From: a virus
Virus record (IMG/VR): IMGVR_UViG_3300005253_000487
Coordinates: 24,001 to 88,000 of that record
DNA length: 64,000 bases
Strand: one strand, 5' to 3'
Shown here: positions 39,868 to 49,261 of the stretch, piece by piece
Numbering within the stretch: the first letter of the stretch is position 1
How the letters are laid out: every line of letters begins with the position of its first letter
Translations under genes and position numbers: made by a program
Notes under the pieces: model-generated
Told to the model about the DNA's origin: nothing
The model's database searches: none
Seen by the model: the letters and a program-made list of their open reading frames with translations, nothing else

Positions 39868-40874
39868 GGTGTTAACTCTGGAAAGCCTTTCTGCCGTAAC
39901 CAGGCAGGAGAATAGATAGTCTCCTCGTACATGCGTCCACCGTCTGGGAATAGTGCAATTACAATGTCTTGGGCAACGAAGTGGTGGGCCTTCTTGTGAA
40001 TGGCTGCCCACACGGCGCCACTAGATCCGCCCACGTAAAAATCTGCATGACGAAGACCGTAGCAGGCAGCAAACGCTTCGGCGTCTGACACAATCACGAC
40101 ATCATCGATGAGGGAGCGTTGTAGGTTGGGTGGTTGGTTGAGGCTGGAGCCGATGCCATTAAGGTTGCGTAGGCGGGCGGGGCGGCCAAAGATGGCGGAC
40201 CCTTCCGCGTCTACTGCCACGATGCGGAGTTCCTTAATAGGCAGTCTGCGGCAAAGGCGCCGCAATGCCCGGGCCGAGCCGGAGAGTGATCCACCTGTAG
40301 ATACGGAAGCGAAGTACCACAGTGTCGTATTGCTATGCAGATGCACATTCTTGTTAAGGTCCCGTACGATTTCAATTGCAATGGATTCGAAGGCTAGCGG
40401 GTTGAGGGGATTGCTATATTGATTAACCCAAAACCAATCCGGGTGCTCTTCACACAACGTTTCTACTTTCTTTAGGCGTGTTAGAAGATAGCCTCCCGTC
40501 TTGTCTATGGTTGTTACTTGTATAGTTGTAGCGCCCAACTGACGCATTTCAATACCATGACTTGGCGAGAGTTTTGGATCTGTCACTAAGATTACCCTGA
40601 GACCTAGTTGCCTTCCTACATACGCAAGCGCCACACCCATGTTACCCGATGTGGATTCTATCACCGTGCTTCCCACTCGGAGTTGTGCTTCGGTTAGGAT
40701 CTTGTAGGCGGAGCGTAGCTTCATGGACCCCATTTCATTATGCGATTCCAATTTAGCATACCAACGTCCTGTACCTGTTGCGGAACGTGGCATTGCAACG
40801 AGTGGGGTGTTGCCGACGCCTAAGCATTCCTCCGTACTGGCGCCGTCCTTGATGGTAACAGGGTGTAAGATCAT
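39864..40874 (-). CDS. sbnA: PLP-dependent cysteine synthase-family enzyme, SbnA-like
   Basis: VGNTPLV, KLE, GSMK, ESTSGN.G.ALA, DPK.S, GGYLLTR, NQY.N, VSTGG, DA.GS.IFG, GIGSS, GGSSG, PDGG..Y. Confidence 0.85.
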   Translation of the reverse strand: MILHPVTIKDGASTEECLGVGNTPLVAMPRSATGTGRWYAKLESHNEMGSMKLRSAYKILTEAQLRVGSTVIESTSGNMGVALAYVGRQLGLRVILVTDPKLSPSHGIEMRQLGATTIQVTTIDKTGGYLLTRLKKVETLCEEHPDWFWVNQYSNPLNPLAFESIAIEIVRDLNKNVHLHSNTTLWYFASVSTGGSLSGSARALRRLCRRLPIKELRIVAVDAEGSAIFGRPARLRNLNGIGSSLNQPPNLQRSLIDDVVIVSDAEAFAACYGLRHADFYVGGSSGAVWAAIHKKAHHFVAQDIVIALFPDGGRMYEETIYSPAWLRQKGFPELTP

Positions 40875-41591
40875 TTAGCTAAGACCGCCTGTACGATAAT
40901 GAATACGACGTACATCGGGTGGGTTTAGGTACGGCGTCGGGTCAGGTATTTCTGCGAGGCGGTAAGCTAGCTGCCGCTCGTCGCAGTTATGACATACCCC
41001 ACACTGCTCTTCCAGCGCGTCGTGGCAGGACCAGGACAGGTGCAGTGGCAGCCCCAGGCGCGTGCCTTCCTTTACCACCTCGTCCTTGCCTAAGTGGCCG
41101 ATGGGAGACCACACAAGCCACGGGTCCGTTTTCCGTTCCATGGAGAAGCCCCAGTGGAATGCCTGTGTGATGGCCTCACGGAACTCAGGCAAGCAATCGC
41201 CCGCGTGGACCCACTTGTGGGGGGAGTAGGCAATCTCACGGCACCCGTGGCCGTAGCCTAGGATGGCCGCGTAGAGTAGGAAGATGATGTTACGCCCGGG
41301 TACGAAGTACCCTTCGGGGTCTTCGTCCTTGGTGGGAATGTGCCCGCCGCCTACAATGGACACACCCTTCACGTACTCTTTGTAGTCCGTGAGACGTCGA
41401 CGGATGAGAGTGATACGTTCCGGCGGGAAGTGGGCGATGCACTGTTGCGATCGTTTCCATTCAATCTCTGCCGTGTGTTGGTCGTAGTCGAAGAACACAC
41501 ACGTCACCACCTTCTCCGGGGACTTTTCCAGGAGTAGTCCTGCACTGACGAGTGAGTCCATGCCACCTGAGAATAACAGTATCGTGTCCAT
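40875..41591 (-). CDS. queC: 7-cyano-7-deazaguanine synthase-like ATP pyrophosphatase (possible N-terminal extension to 41720)
   Basis: SGGMDS, FDY.Q, VPGRN.IFL, DC..EF, SC..CGVCHNC..R; AGGAG RBS before ATG 41591. Confidence 0.9.
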   Translation of the reverse strand: MDTILLFSGGMDSLVSAGLLLEKSPEKVVTCVFFDYDQHTAEIEWKRSQQCIAHFPPERITLIRRRLTDYKEYVKGVSIVGGGHIPTKDEDPEGYFVPGRNIIFLLYAAILGYGHGCREIAYSPHKWVHAGDCLPEFREAITQAFHWGFSMERKTDPWLVWSPIGHLGKDEVVKEGTRLGLPLHLSWSCHDALEEQCGVCHNCDERQLAYRLAEIPDPTPYLNPPDVRRIHYRTGGLS

Positions 41592-41682
41592 GCGCCTTAA
41601 TATCTCCTGGTGATGGTAGAGTTTCCACTTCGCTTCCATGTATTCGAAAAGCTCTTCGAGGCTGTCTTCGTTTACTTCATCT

Positions 41683-44600
41683 TCATACGATATGGGATAT
41701 TCCGTCTGCGCCTTGTTCAACTTGAATGATCTCTGGCACCATGGCCTGTAAATGTGTGTCGTGTGTTATTACAAAGATAGTCGGGATCTGTTCCACTACC
41801 TGGCCTAGTGCAGCAACTAATCCTTCTGCCCCACTCGCATCGAGGAAGCTGAACACCTCATCCAGAATAAGTAGACCCAACACCCCGCGCACGCCCATCC
41901 ACTGTGCAACGGACTGGGTGAGGACAAGCATGATGCCTATGTCAACGCGTCTACGCTGTCCGCCGGACAGAGAGTTGTAGGGTACAGGCTTGCCATGCGC
42001 ATACACAACGAACTTGGTCTTCTCACGTAGCTCTCCACCCCGTGTCGTAGAGAGGGTGCTGAACTGAACGTCGTAGATGCCCTGTGTTAGCAGCGGGAAA
42101 ATATCTGCACGGCTGGCATTGAAACGCGTTGCGACTTCTTCGACCAGGAGCGACTGGAGTCCTTGCTTGGAGAAGCCCACGCGCCAGTACTCGTACATCG
42201 CAATCGTAACTTCGATCTCTTCTAAGGCAACGGCGGCGAGTGCGATTTCTTGTGCCGCGGTGCCCGCCGCTTGGCGTGTTGCTTGCATGAGGGCAGTGTG
42301 GGGATTCTGTTCTGCGTGATAACGATTCAGTGTTGCTTGTGCTTCATCAATAGCTACAGCTCTTGCCGCGTGCCGTTCTTCTATTGCTTGTCGTACAAGG
42401 TCTACGCGTGCAAGCTGCTTCTGTTGGAAGGCGCGCAACTCCAATTCTTGTTGGTAGTCCACACGCTCTGCCAACAAGCTCTTTGGAATAGTGGCGTCCG
42501 TAGTGTGGGTAATCTCCGCGGAAGTGATTGCTACTTCTTGCACGAGTTCCGCTGTACGATGTAGGCGCGCAAGGAGTGTCCGGCGTTCTTGGAGCGCGGT
42601 CGCTGACTTAGCGAATGTCTCTTCTGCTACTTGGTGACGTGCGGACACGCCATCTAACTCAGCTTCGTGTGCTGCACACTGCGCCTTAGCTTCGTCCAAT
42701 TGCTTACGTAAGGGTGCGAGGCATTGTTCGCGGTGTGCGTCCGTTACAGGTTGTTGGCACGTTGGACACACCCCTGCTAGCAATGCTGCTTCCGCTTCCG
42801 CAAGCTGCCCTGATAAGTTGAGCGTCGTTGGCCTCCAATGCCCGAGCGTGGATTCGAGTGTGGATTGCGCAACGCGTAAGTCTGTACGGTCTTGATTGTC
42901 CTGGGTGTGTTGTTCCTCTAGCCCTGTGAGGCGTTGTTGGTGTTGTGGGAGTTTGGTGACCGCCTGTTGCGCAGAGGTTAAGGAAGGGAAACCCGCGCCC
43001 GCTGAAATGCTTTGGGTGTGCAACTTACTTACCAACGCCTCAAGCTTCTGTTGGTGTTCCGCTAACAAGGCTGTCCGCACGCGTTCCGTTATTGCATCAC
43101 GCTCCGTTGCCTGTCGAGTGGTGTAATGGTCTACAAGAGCTGCGGCGCTAGCGCCAATGTGGATGTGGCGTGCCGCTTCGTGTTCAGACACTAGGATGTT
43201 GGTAGCGAGCAGATCCTCCAGCTGAACTTCGCTGTGTTTAATCCACTGCGCTAACGTCTGTTCCCAAGCGTCTGATGCTCTTTGGTGTGCTTCCGTCTCA
43301 CGTTCTGCTTCGTCTTGCTGCTTCACTAACATCTCGGCACGCGTGTCCCACCGCACGCGCTCCATGTCCTGCTTAGACACCTCAGCTTGTGCAGCACTAG
43401 ACGCGTCTTGGTAACCGTTGAGTCCAATCAAGTCCGACAGCACATCCTTACGCTGCCCATCCGTGGCGGAAGAGAAGAGCAAGAGTTTCTCTTGTGAGAA
43501 GTAGGCAAGGTTCTGGAAGATCTCCGGGGTGATGCCTAAGTAATGGCCCAACAAAGTTGTCATCTCCGTAACGGATGTTGCTTCCCATGCTACGCCCGCA
43601 GAGGTAACTTCGAGGGTGTGTCCATCGGGCCCACGCCGTCTCCACACATGTAATAAGTCTTCGCCATCTGTGAAGTCTGCGGACACTTCACACGTCTTCG
43701 TACCCCAACGAATGACATCTTCAGCTGCTAGGTCTTTGGTAGTGCGCCCAAAGAGTAACCAGTACAGCGGCTCTCCGATAAGGGAACTCTTGCCCGCACC
43801 ATTGGATGTGAAGTCTCGCCCGCGTCCTTGGATGAGGCGGACGCCCTGATGGATTGTAATGTTCTCTCGTTCAAAGCAACAAAAGTTATAGAGGCGGAGT
43901 TGCGTGAGGCGGACGTCTCGTAACTGTGTTGGGTCCTGCATTACCAACAACTCACGGCCTGCGGTAAGGTAGACAGCGTTGTCTGCGCCCTTCGGAGGCG
44001 CTTGCGTAGACAACCACACCTGCAAGATCTGATCTACCTCTGTCACGCCCCGCAACAGGTCACGGTGCTTAACGGTTGTGGGTGTGGGTGCAACAGCGAT
44101 GACCCCATCCGGGAGCACTGCGCCCTTGGGCATGGAACGGATGCGATAGAAGTGTCCGTCGTTCTTGCCAATATCTGCAGGTGTGTCCACGGTGAGGAAC
44201 TGTGGAGAGCCTCCGGACACAAACTCCAGGTCTGGATCTATAGCAGCACCGCAGTCACAACCCCCGCCTAGTCCCATTGCACAGTCGTCCGAATGATCTT
44301 CCTCAGGTAGTGTTATGACCCACCACCCGTGGTCTCCGGTGTCTCCAAAGTTATGATGCTCCGGGGATCCTGGAATGAGAATGCCTTGCCCTAACGGTGC
44401 GTCAATTTCTTGTAGGTGGTGGACGTGTCCAACAATGGACAGCCTGTGCCTAGCGAGAAGTTCTTGTGGATCCAAATCACCTTCGAGTTCAAAGTTAGTG
44501 GCGGTTGTGGAACCGCGGACCGTTTGGTGATAGATGCCCACATCTGCTGGAGGTGGGAATATTAGTGACTTGGTATGGGGTTGATAACCCGCACCTGCAA

Positions 44601-45003
44601 ATGTTAGTCCACCTGCTTCTACTTTGGGTATGACAGTAGGATCCAATACCGTCATGGGAACAGCGTGCGCGAGGGCAGCGAAGACGGTCTGGTCGATTGT
44701 AATGAGACCACCAATGCCCCGCGCATCGTGGTTGCCCCACACAACAATCTTCCGCACGTCTTTGTAGTCGTGGAGCACTTGCGTAACACCGGAGAGCACA
44801 GTGTTCAACGCATAACCTGCGGTGTGGACAAGGTCGCCGGCGAACACCCAGGGGATGTCCTCGTCCCTCGCACGCTGGAGGGAGGCGCCCAGGATGTTGA
44901 GGGAGCGGCGGAGGCGCGTGTTCTGTAGTCCTGTGTGCTGTGCGAAGGCGCTCCAGGGGTGGGCGTGCAGATCGGAGAGAAGTACGAAGCGTGGGTCACT
45001 CAT
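41683..45003 (-). CDS. fused Mre11/SbcD nuclease - Rad50/SbcC ATPase
   Basis: SDLH, AGDL, GNHD, GHVH; NGAGKSS, CPTC hook, LSGGQ, LILDEVF, ITHD in one frame. Confidence 0.9.
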   Translation of the reverse strand: MSDPRFVLLSDLHAHPWSAFAQHTGLQNTRLRRSLNILGASLQRARDEDIPWVFAGDLVHTAGYALNTVLSGVTQVLHDYKDVRKIVVWGNHDARGIGGLITIDQTVFAALAHAVPMTVLDPTVIPKVEAGGLTFAGAGYQPHTKSLIFPPPADVGIYHQTVRGSTTATNFELEGDLDPQELLARHRLSIVGHVHHLQEIDAPLGQGILIPGSPEHHNFGDTGDHGWWVITLPEEDHSDDCAMGLGGGCDCGAAIDPDLEFVSGGSPQFLTVDTPADIGKNDGHFYRIRSMPKGAVLPDGVIAVAPTPTTVKHRDLLRGVTEVDQILQVWLSTQAPPKGADNAVYLTAGRELLVMQDPTQLRDVRLTQLRLYNFCCFERENITIHQGVRLIQGRGRDFTSNGAGKSSLIGEPLYWLLFGRTTKDLAAEDVIRWGTKTCEVSADFTDGEDLLHVWRRRGPDGHTLEVTSAGVAWEATSVTEMTTLLGHYLGITPEIFQNLAYFSQEKLLLFSSATDGQRKDVLSDLIGLNGYQDASSAAQAEVSKQDMERVRWDTRAEMLVKQQDEAERETEAHQRASDAWEQTLAQWIKHSEVQLEDLLATNILVSEHEAARHIHIGASAAALVDHYTTRQATERDAITERVRTALLAEHQQKLEALVSKLHTQSISAGAGFPSLTSAQQAVTKLPQHQQRLTGLEEQHTQDNQDRTDLRVAQSTLESTLGHWRPTTLNLSGQLAEAEAALLAGVCPTCQQPVTDAHREQCLAPLRKQLDEAKAQCAAHEAELDGVSARHQVAEETFAKSATALQERRTLLARLHRTAELVQEVAITSAEITHTTDATIPKSLLAERVDYQQELELRAFQQKQLARVDLVRQAIEERHAARAVAIDEAQATLNRYHAEQNPHTALMQATRQAAGTAAQEIALAAVALEEIEVTIAMYEYWRVGFSKQGLQSLLVEEVATRFNASRADIFPLLTQGIYDVQFSTLSTTRGGELREKTKFVVYAHGKPVPYNSLSGGQRRRVDIGIMLVLTQSVAQWMGVRGVLGLLILDEVFSFLDASGAEGLVAALGQVVEQIPTIFVITHDTHLQAMVPEIIQVEQGADGISHIV

Positions 45004-45380
45004 GTAAGGAACGTGGGCTCCACGCCCAAGATCTTGCCCGTGTTCTCCTCTACCTGCACGCACCGGTCATCGTAGAGGACAAGCATGCTTAAATCCTTCT
45101 CAGCCACAATAGGTAATGTGTGTTTGAGATGCTCACGGCACCATGCGTTAATGAGACCAACGTGAGCCATAACTGTAGAGTGGCCACAGGGTGCAGCAAC
45201 ACGGGCGGTTACTATCTTGATACGGACGCCCGCTGCTAGCCAACGGCGCACGCGCTTGACCATGGGCATAATTGGGGCACCCACTTCCCAGGCACCATCA
45301 TCACGTTGTATACTGGACCACTCCCCCTCCGGAGCCATCACAGCAAGTGTGCCGTCGAGGTCAACTCCTATCCATTCCAT
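45000..45380 (-). CDS. HAD-superfamily phosphatase-like protein
   Basis: IGVDLDGTLA, VTAR, YDDR. Confidence 0.8.
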   Translation of the reverse strand: MEWIGVDLDGTLAVMAPEGEWSSIQRDDGAWEVGAPIMPMVKRVRRWLAAGVRIKIVTARVAAPCGHSTVMAHVGLINAWCREHLKHTLPIVAEKDLSMLVLYDDRCVQVEENTGKILGVEPTFLT

Positions 45381-45631
45381 ATCACCTTCTTTCGCTTTCG
45401 CTTTACTGTAACTGGTTCTCGGTTGCGGTAAGTGCCATCCTCCAACGCAAAAGGCGCCCGACGTTTGATGGGGGAGAAGTTGCCACAGTTATCGCACCGG
45501 ACGCCTGCTCGTCCCATACCGTCTGTACTCGCCACGCCTGTTGCCCTGCACTTAGGACAGGAGAGCTTCCAAGCGCTGCCTGCACTACCGTAAGGCCATC
45601 CGACTACGCGGATGGAGTATTCGGTGGGCAC
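45368..45631 (-). CDS. small Zn-ribbon protein
   Basis: CPKC..CDNC; GTG start after recA stop. Confidence 0.5.
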   Translation of the reverse strand: MPTEYSIRVVGWPYGSAGSAWKLSCPKCRATGVASTDGMGRAGVRCDNCGNFSPIKRRAPFALEDGTYRNREPVTVKRKRKKVIWNG

Positions 45632-45635
45632 AGCG

Positions 45636-46706
45636 TTACTCGTCCTCGCCCTCTGAACCTTCAGGGATGCTCCCCTGGATGGTGGGTGTGTATTCTTCCA
45701 AGTACTCATCCGCCTCATCAAGGACCTCTGGTATCATATCCAACAGGCGCTCCGCTTCCTCGTCTTGGCGAAGGACGGATTGCTTGGACTTGAAAGTACG
45801 GAGTTGTGTTTTCTTGCCCTTGTAGCGGAGGAACTGTCCTGCCTCTTCTAGAATGCCCAAGTCAAGTAGGCAGGGAATGAGACCTGAGGCAGGAGAGATT
45901 GTCTGGTGGAAGGGGATGGCGAGGCGTACTTCTTTCCATGGAGCAGCGATGCGGTTCTTGTCTACGACGGCACGGCACAGCACACCGACATAACCTACGT
46001 CGTCCTTTTTGAGGCGTATGACGCTCCGGAGGTCAATACGGACTGAGGCTTGAAACTTGGGTCCACCCCCGCCGGGTGTCGTGCGCTTTTGAAAACCTGG
46101 ACCGATGTTGGCAATGGTATGGTTGGCGGAGAGGTGCACGACAGGCAATTTGTTAATGTCCCCGCCAACCATACGGAAGAACGCTTTGAGTTCCGCCGCC
46201 TTGCTCATGTCCTTCTTCTCCAACCGTACTTCTAACTCGTGTGTGGTGGACAACAAGGCGAGTGAGTCACAGCACAACAACCCAGGCCCTTTCACCTTGC
46301 CAGCAGCGGCAAGGCTGCTATAAGCGTTGAGGAAGGCGGTTGCGACCTCGAGATGATCTTTCACCGTACGGCTTTGGTAGTAGGCAAGGTGGTCTGGGTT
46401 GACGCCTAATGATGCCATCCATTCCACGTTGTATGCACCTTCTGTGTCATCCAGAAGCGCTACACCCTTCATCGCTTGCACCATTGCCATTGCGCGAGCG
46501 AGAAGGAAGCTCTTACCGGTGGACGGATCCCCAAACACTTCTACCGTGTGCCCGAGTGGGTACCCACGGCCGAAGCGCCCAGAGATGGCCCAGTTGAGTG
46601 CGTAGTTACCTGTGTCCAACCAACCTACTACCTCAGCCGCATCGCGTGCCGTGCGAACCGCTAGCTTTTCCTTCTCGAGGGCTTTGAACCAAAGCGTTTG
46701 TCCCAT
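45636..46706 (-). CDS. recA: RecA/UvsX-like recombinase
   Basis: GDPSTGKS, DTE, DSLA, PGG...KFQASVRI, KNR. Confidence 0.9.
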   Translation of the reverse strand: MGQTLWFKALEKEKLAVRTARDAAEVVGWLDTGNYALNWAISGRFGRGYPLGHTVEVFGDPSTGKSFLLARAMAMVQAMKGVALLDDTEGAYNVEWMASLGVNPDHLAYYQSRTVKDHLEVATAFLNAYSSLAAAGKVKGPGLLCCDSLALLSTTHELEVRLEKKDMSKAAELKAFFRMVGGDINKLPVVHLSANHTIANIGPGFQKRTTPGGGGPKFQASVRIDLRSVIRLKKDDVGYVGVLCRAVVDKNRIAAPWKEVRLAIPFHQTISPASGLIPCLLDLGILEEAGQFLRYKGKKTQLRTFKSKQSVLRQDEEAERLLDMIPEVLDEADEYLEEYTPTIQGSIPEGSEGEDE

Positions 46707-46707
46707 G

Positions 46708-48111
46708 CTAGTCTGCCACGCCTACCATTAACATCTGGCAGCCCGCAATCACTGGGCACGGGGCACACCTGTGCGTCTGTGGCAAGTAATCCCCGTAACA
46801 CCTAGGCACACCCGCCGGGCGCTTGTCATCAGCGAACTTGGGCGTGTACTCTGCACCCGGATCATAGTGCAACGTACCTGGGGGTGCCGTAGTGGGCGCC
46901 ACTGCCGCAGGTGCGACGGGTGCTACTGCGACGGGAGCGGGTGCCACTGTCGCTGGAGCGGGTGTCGCGGGTGCTGTTATTGGCATCGGCCCTGGTGGTG
47001 CCGTTACAGCAACCGCAGGGGCGGGGGCGGGTGCCACTGGTGCTGCTGCCACTGGTGCCGCAGCGACGGGCGCTACGGCAGCGGGTAACGCTACGGGTGC
47101 CGCTGCCATGGGAGCAGCCACAGGCGCTACTGCCCCGGGTACCACAACGGGCGTCGCTACAGGCGGTGGCGCTACTGGAGCAGCGGGGGGTAGAGCAACC
47201 GCAGGTGGTGCGATTGCTGCCGCTATCGGTGCAACGGGTGCGGCGACTGCTGGTGCGGCGACTGCTGGTGCAACGGCAGCGACGAGTGCGTTTGGAGCTG
47301 GCGCACCCGCCGGGGTCAGCGGTGTGGCAGGTGCAATGGTAGCGGGTGTGTAGCCCGGGAAGCCCATGTCGCCCAAGAGACCTTTGATCTCTTCCGCTTC
47401 CTTGGGCTCTGCCTTCTGTTCCGGTAGCAGATCGAGTGACGCTTGCCATCCTTCGATCTGGTCTAGGATTGCCATCACCGTTGTGCGTTGCCCACCATTG
47501 GGTACGACATTGTAAGCGTTGTATCCACTACGAGATTGCCCCTTGGGCGTCATGATGACATTGAAGTCAATACCGTTTGCGGGGTCAACAACATTCCCCC
47601 ACGCAGGGTTGGACGCAATGTCCATGATCTTATCCCAACTGGTCCAGTTCGCGCCCCACCGCTGGATGCCTGTGGAGACATTGCCAAGGTCGATGATGTT
47701 CATGAGGTACGAGTCGGCGGGTGCGATTTGCTTTGCCATCTCCTTCAGTCCAAGGTCTTCGGACTTGTGGTGTATCCGCCACGCTTCGCACGCCGGACAG
47801 CGTTGCTTGTTCTCTTCCAAACACAAGCTCACTTCCGTCGGGCGCCCCTCGATGCGGAAGTAATGCAACTTGTAAGCTAGCGCGAGGTTTTCCAGCTCTT
47901 CCCAGTTCTGCAGGACAGCTGAGTTGGGTGGCAGGATGCGAATGATGTTGTCCCCGGCCTTAGGCTTCCATCCACTGCCGGCGCGTGCTCCTGCCTTTGC
48001 TTGTTTCAGTTTTCCATGATCCAGTCCCATTGTCTTCTTAGCTCCTGTTCCGGTTCCGATTCCAATTCCGTTACTGCTGGTAGTTGGTCTAGCTCTTTTT
48101 CTTTCTTCCAT
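46708..48111 (-). CDS. gp32-like single-stranded DNA-binding protein with long Ala/Pro linker and Cys-rich tail
   Basis: GDNIIRILPP, HY, CPACE, DP..G.DF; next to recA and uvsY-like genes. Confidence 0.75.
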   Translation of the reverse strand: MEERKRARPTTSSNGIGIGTGTGAKKTMGLDHGKLKQAKAGARAGSGWKPKAGDNIIRILPPNSAVLQNWEELENLALAYKLHYFRIEGRPTEVSLCLEENKQRCPACEAWRIHHKSEDLGLKEMAKQIAPADSYLMNIIDLGNVSTGIQRWGANWTSWDKIMDIASNPAWGNVVDPANGIDFNVIMTPKGQSRSGYNAYNVVPNGGQRTTVMAILDQIEGWQASLDLLPEQKAEPKEAEEIKGLLGDMGFPGYTPATIAPATPLTPAGAPAPNALVAAVAPAVAAPAVAAPVAPIAAAIAPPAVALPPAAPVAPPPVATPVVVPGAVAPVAAPMAAAPVALPAAVAPVAAAPVAAAPVAPAPAPAVAVTAPPGPMPITAPATPAPATVAPAPVAVAPVAPAAVAPTTAPPGTLHYDPGAEYTPKFADDKRPAGVPRCYGDYLPQTHRCAPCPVIAGCQMLMVGVAD

Positions 48112-48589
48112 ATTTTAATCCATTCGCACGAGCTAGATTTGGATGATATTTGTGTACAGCCTTGCCACCTTTCCGCCCGGTTATTGATAATTGCATGGGT
48201 GTTGATGCTGCTATACGTGCGCGTCCTCCTAAACGTCCCGCCCGGGCTCTGGCCTCATGGCTTACTTTTTTAGCAGCAGCCTGTATCTTTTCACGGGGCC
48301 ACAATGCAAATCCAACCTTACCTTTAGCCTTGGGTCCACCCCGTAATCCGCCTAATCTACAGGCAACGGTTAGCAAAGAGGCTTGCCCGTCGCCTCCATG
48401 TTCAAGTACGTGGCAATCTGAGCATCGTGGTATGACATTACCCACGACATATTGTCCCCCATCACAACCTGGAATAATGCGGTGTGGATGACATCTACTA
48501 CCGTCGGGGAAAGGCGGTCGATTACCACAACGCCCGCAAGGTGATTCACGGATGGTGTTAAGTTCCTTATGACTTAATCGACGTGTCAA
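48089..48589 (-). CDS. HNH endonuclease (probable homing endonuclease)
   Basis: CGRC..HRIIPG..GG.Y...N....C..CH; C-terminal GR[LK]GG repeats. Confidence 0.75.
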   Translation of the reverse strand: MTRRLSHKELNTIRESPCGRCGNRPPFPDGSRCHPHRIIPGCDGGQYVVGNVIPRCSDCHVLEHGGDGQASLLTVACRLGGLRGGPKAKGKVGFALWPREKIQAAAKKVSHEARARAGRLGGRARIAASTPMQLSITGRKGGKAVHKYHPNLARANGLKYGRKKKS

Positions 48590-49059
48590 CGATAATCCTC
48601 TATTTCTCGCCGTTGCTTCGCCGCAATTTGAATCAACATGTCCTTGCGGTCCTCCAGCCCCTTAGTCATTGCGCCCAGGGCGGCACGCATTTCACCTTGT
48701 GTGTGCAGGCGCTTTGTTACGTTTTCCACTAATGGGTCATTGTCTACCTCCGCGTTTAAGACGGCTATGGTTTTGGGTTTGTCTGTTACTGGGTCGTTGA
48801 CACGACTAGCGCTGTAGGTAAGGGAGGCGCGTGTCTTTGTTAATTCCCACTTGAGCTTCTCTTCCCCAATGCGGGCAACCTCGTATGATGCGTTGACCCA
48901 TGCACGAAGGGAAGCGTGTTGCTGGAGTGTTGTGTCGAGATCTACTAAATCAATTGCACATATCTGGGCAGCGAGCGCGGCAGGTTCTTTCGTTAACCGT
49001 GTCCAGAACGCCGCCGTTCCTAGCTCCAGTGGTGCATGGGTAGTCTTTGCCTTTGCCAT
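48586..49059 (-). CDS. UvsY-like recombination mediator (putative)
   Basis: Helical protein, LEDRKDML; upstream of SSB/recA. Confidence 0.5.
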   Translation of the reverse strand: MAKAKTTHAPLELGTAAFWTRLTKEPAALAAQICAIDLVDLDTTLQQHASLRAWVNASYEVARIGEEKLKWELTKTRASLTYSASRVNDPVTDKPKTIAVLNAEVDNDPLVENVTKRLHTQGEMRAALGAMTKGLEDRKDMLIQIAAKQRREIEDYR

Positions 49060-49060
49060 T

Positions 49061-49261
49061 TTACATCTCACCTTCTACTGTCCTACCTCGCTCGTTTGTC
49101 ATTAGGTCCCAGTACGCATACGTGGTTGGACGTGCACCGTCACCCTCCCGTCCGGGGACATATAGCCACACACGGCCTTGGGCGTCGAGTGCACATAGAC
49201 CGGCAGTGCCTGATGTGATTTGAATAAACTGTTCGCCTGGTTTTGGATTATCTGTGCTCAC
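49061..49261 (-). CDS. hypothetical protein
   Basis: ALDAQGRVW; GGAG RBS, GTG start. Confidence 0.5.
   Translation of the reverse strand: MSTDNPKPGEQFIQITSGTAGLCALDAQGRVWLYVPGREGDGARPTTYAYWDLMTNERGRTVEGEM

Noticed and set aside
37282-40874. Staphyloferrin-type siderophore or NRPS antibiotic cluster
   Set aside because: No NIS synthetase, NRPS, decarboxylase or transporter in the window; the neighbours are nucleotide-metabolism genes.
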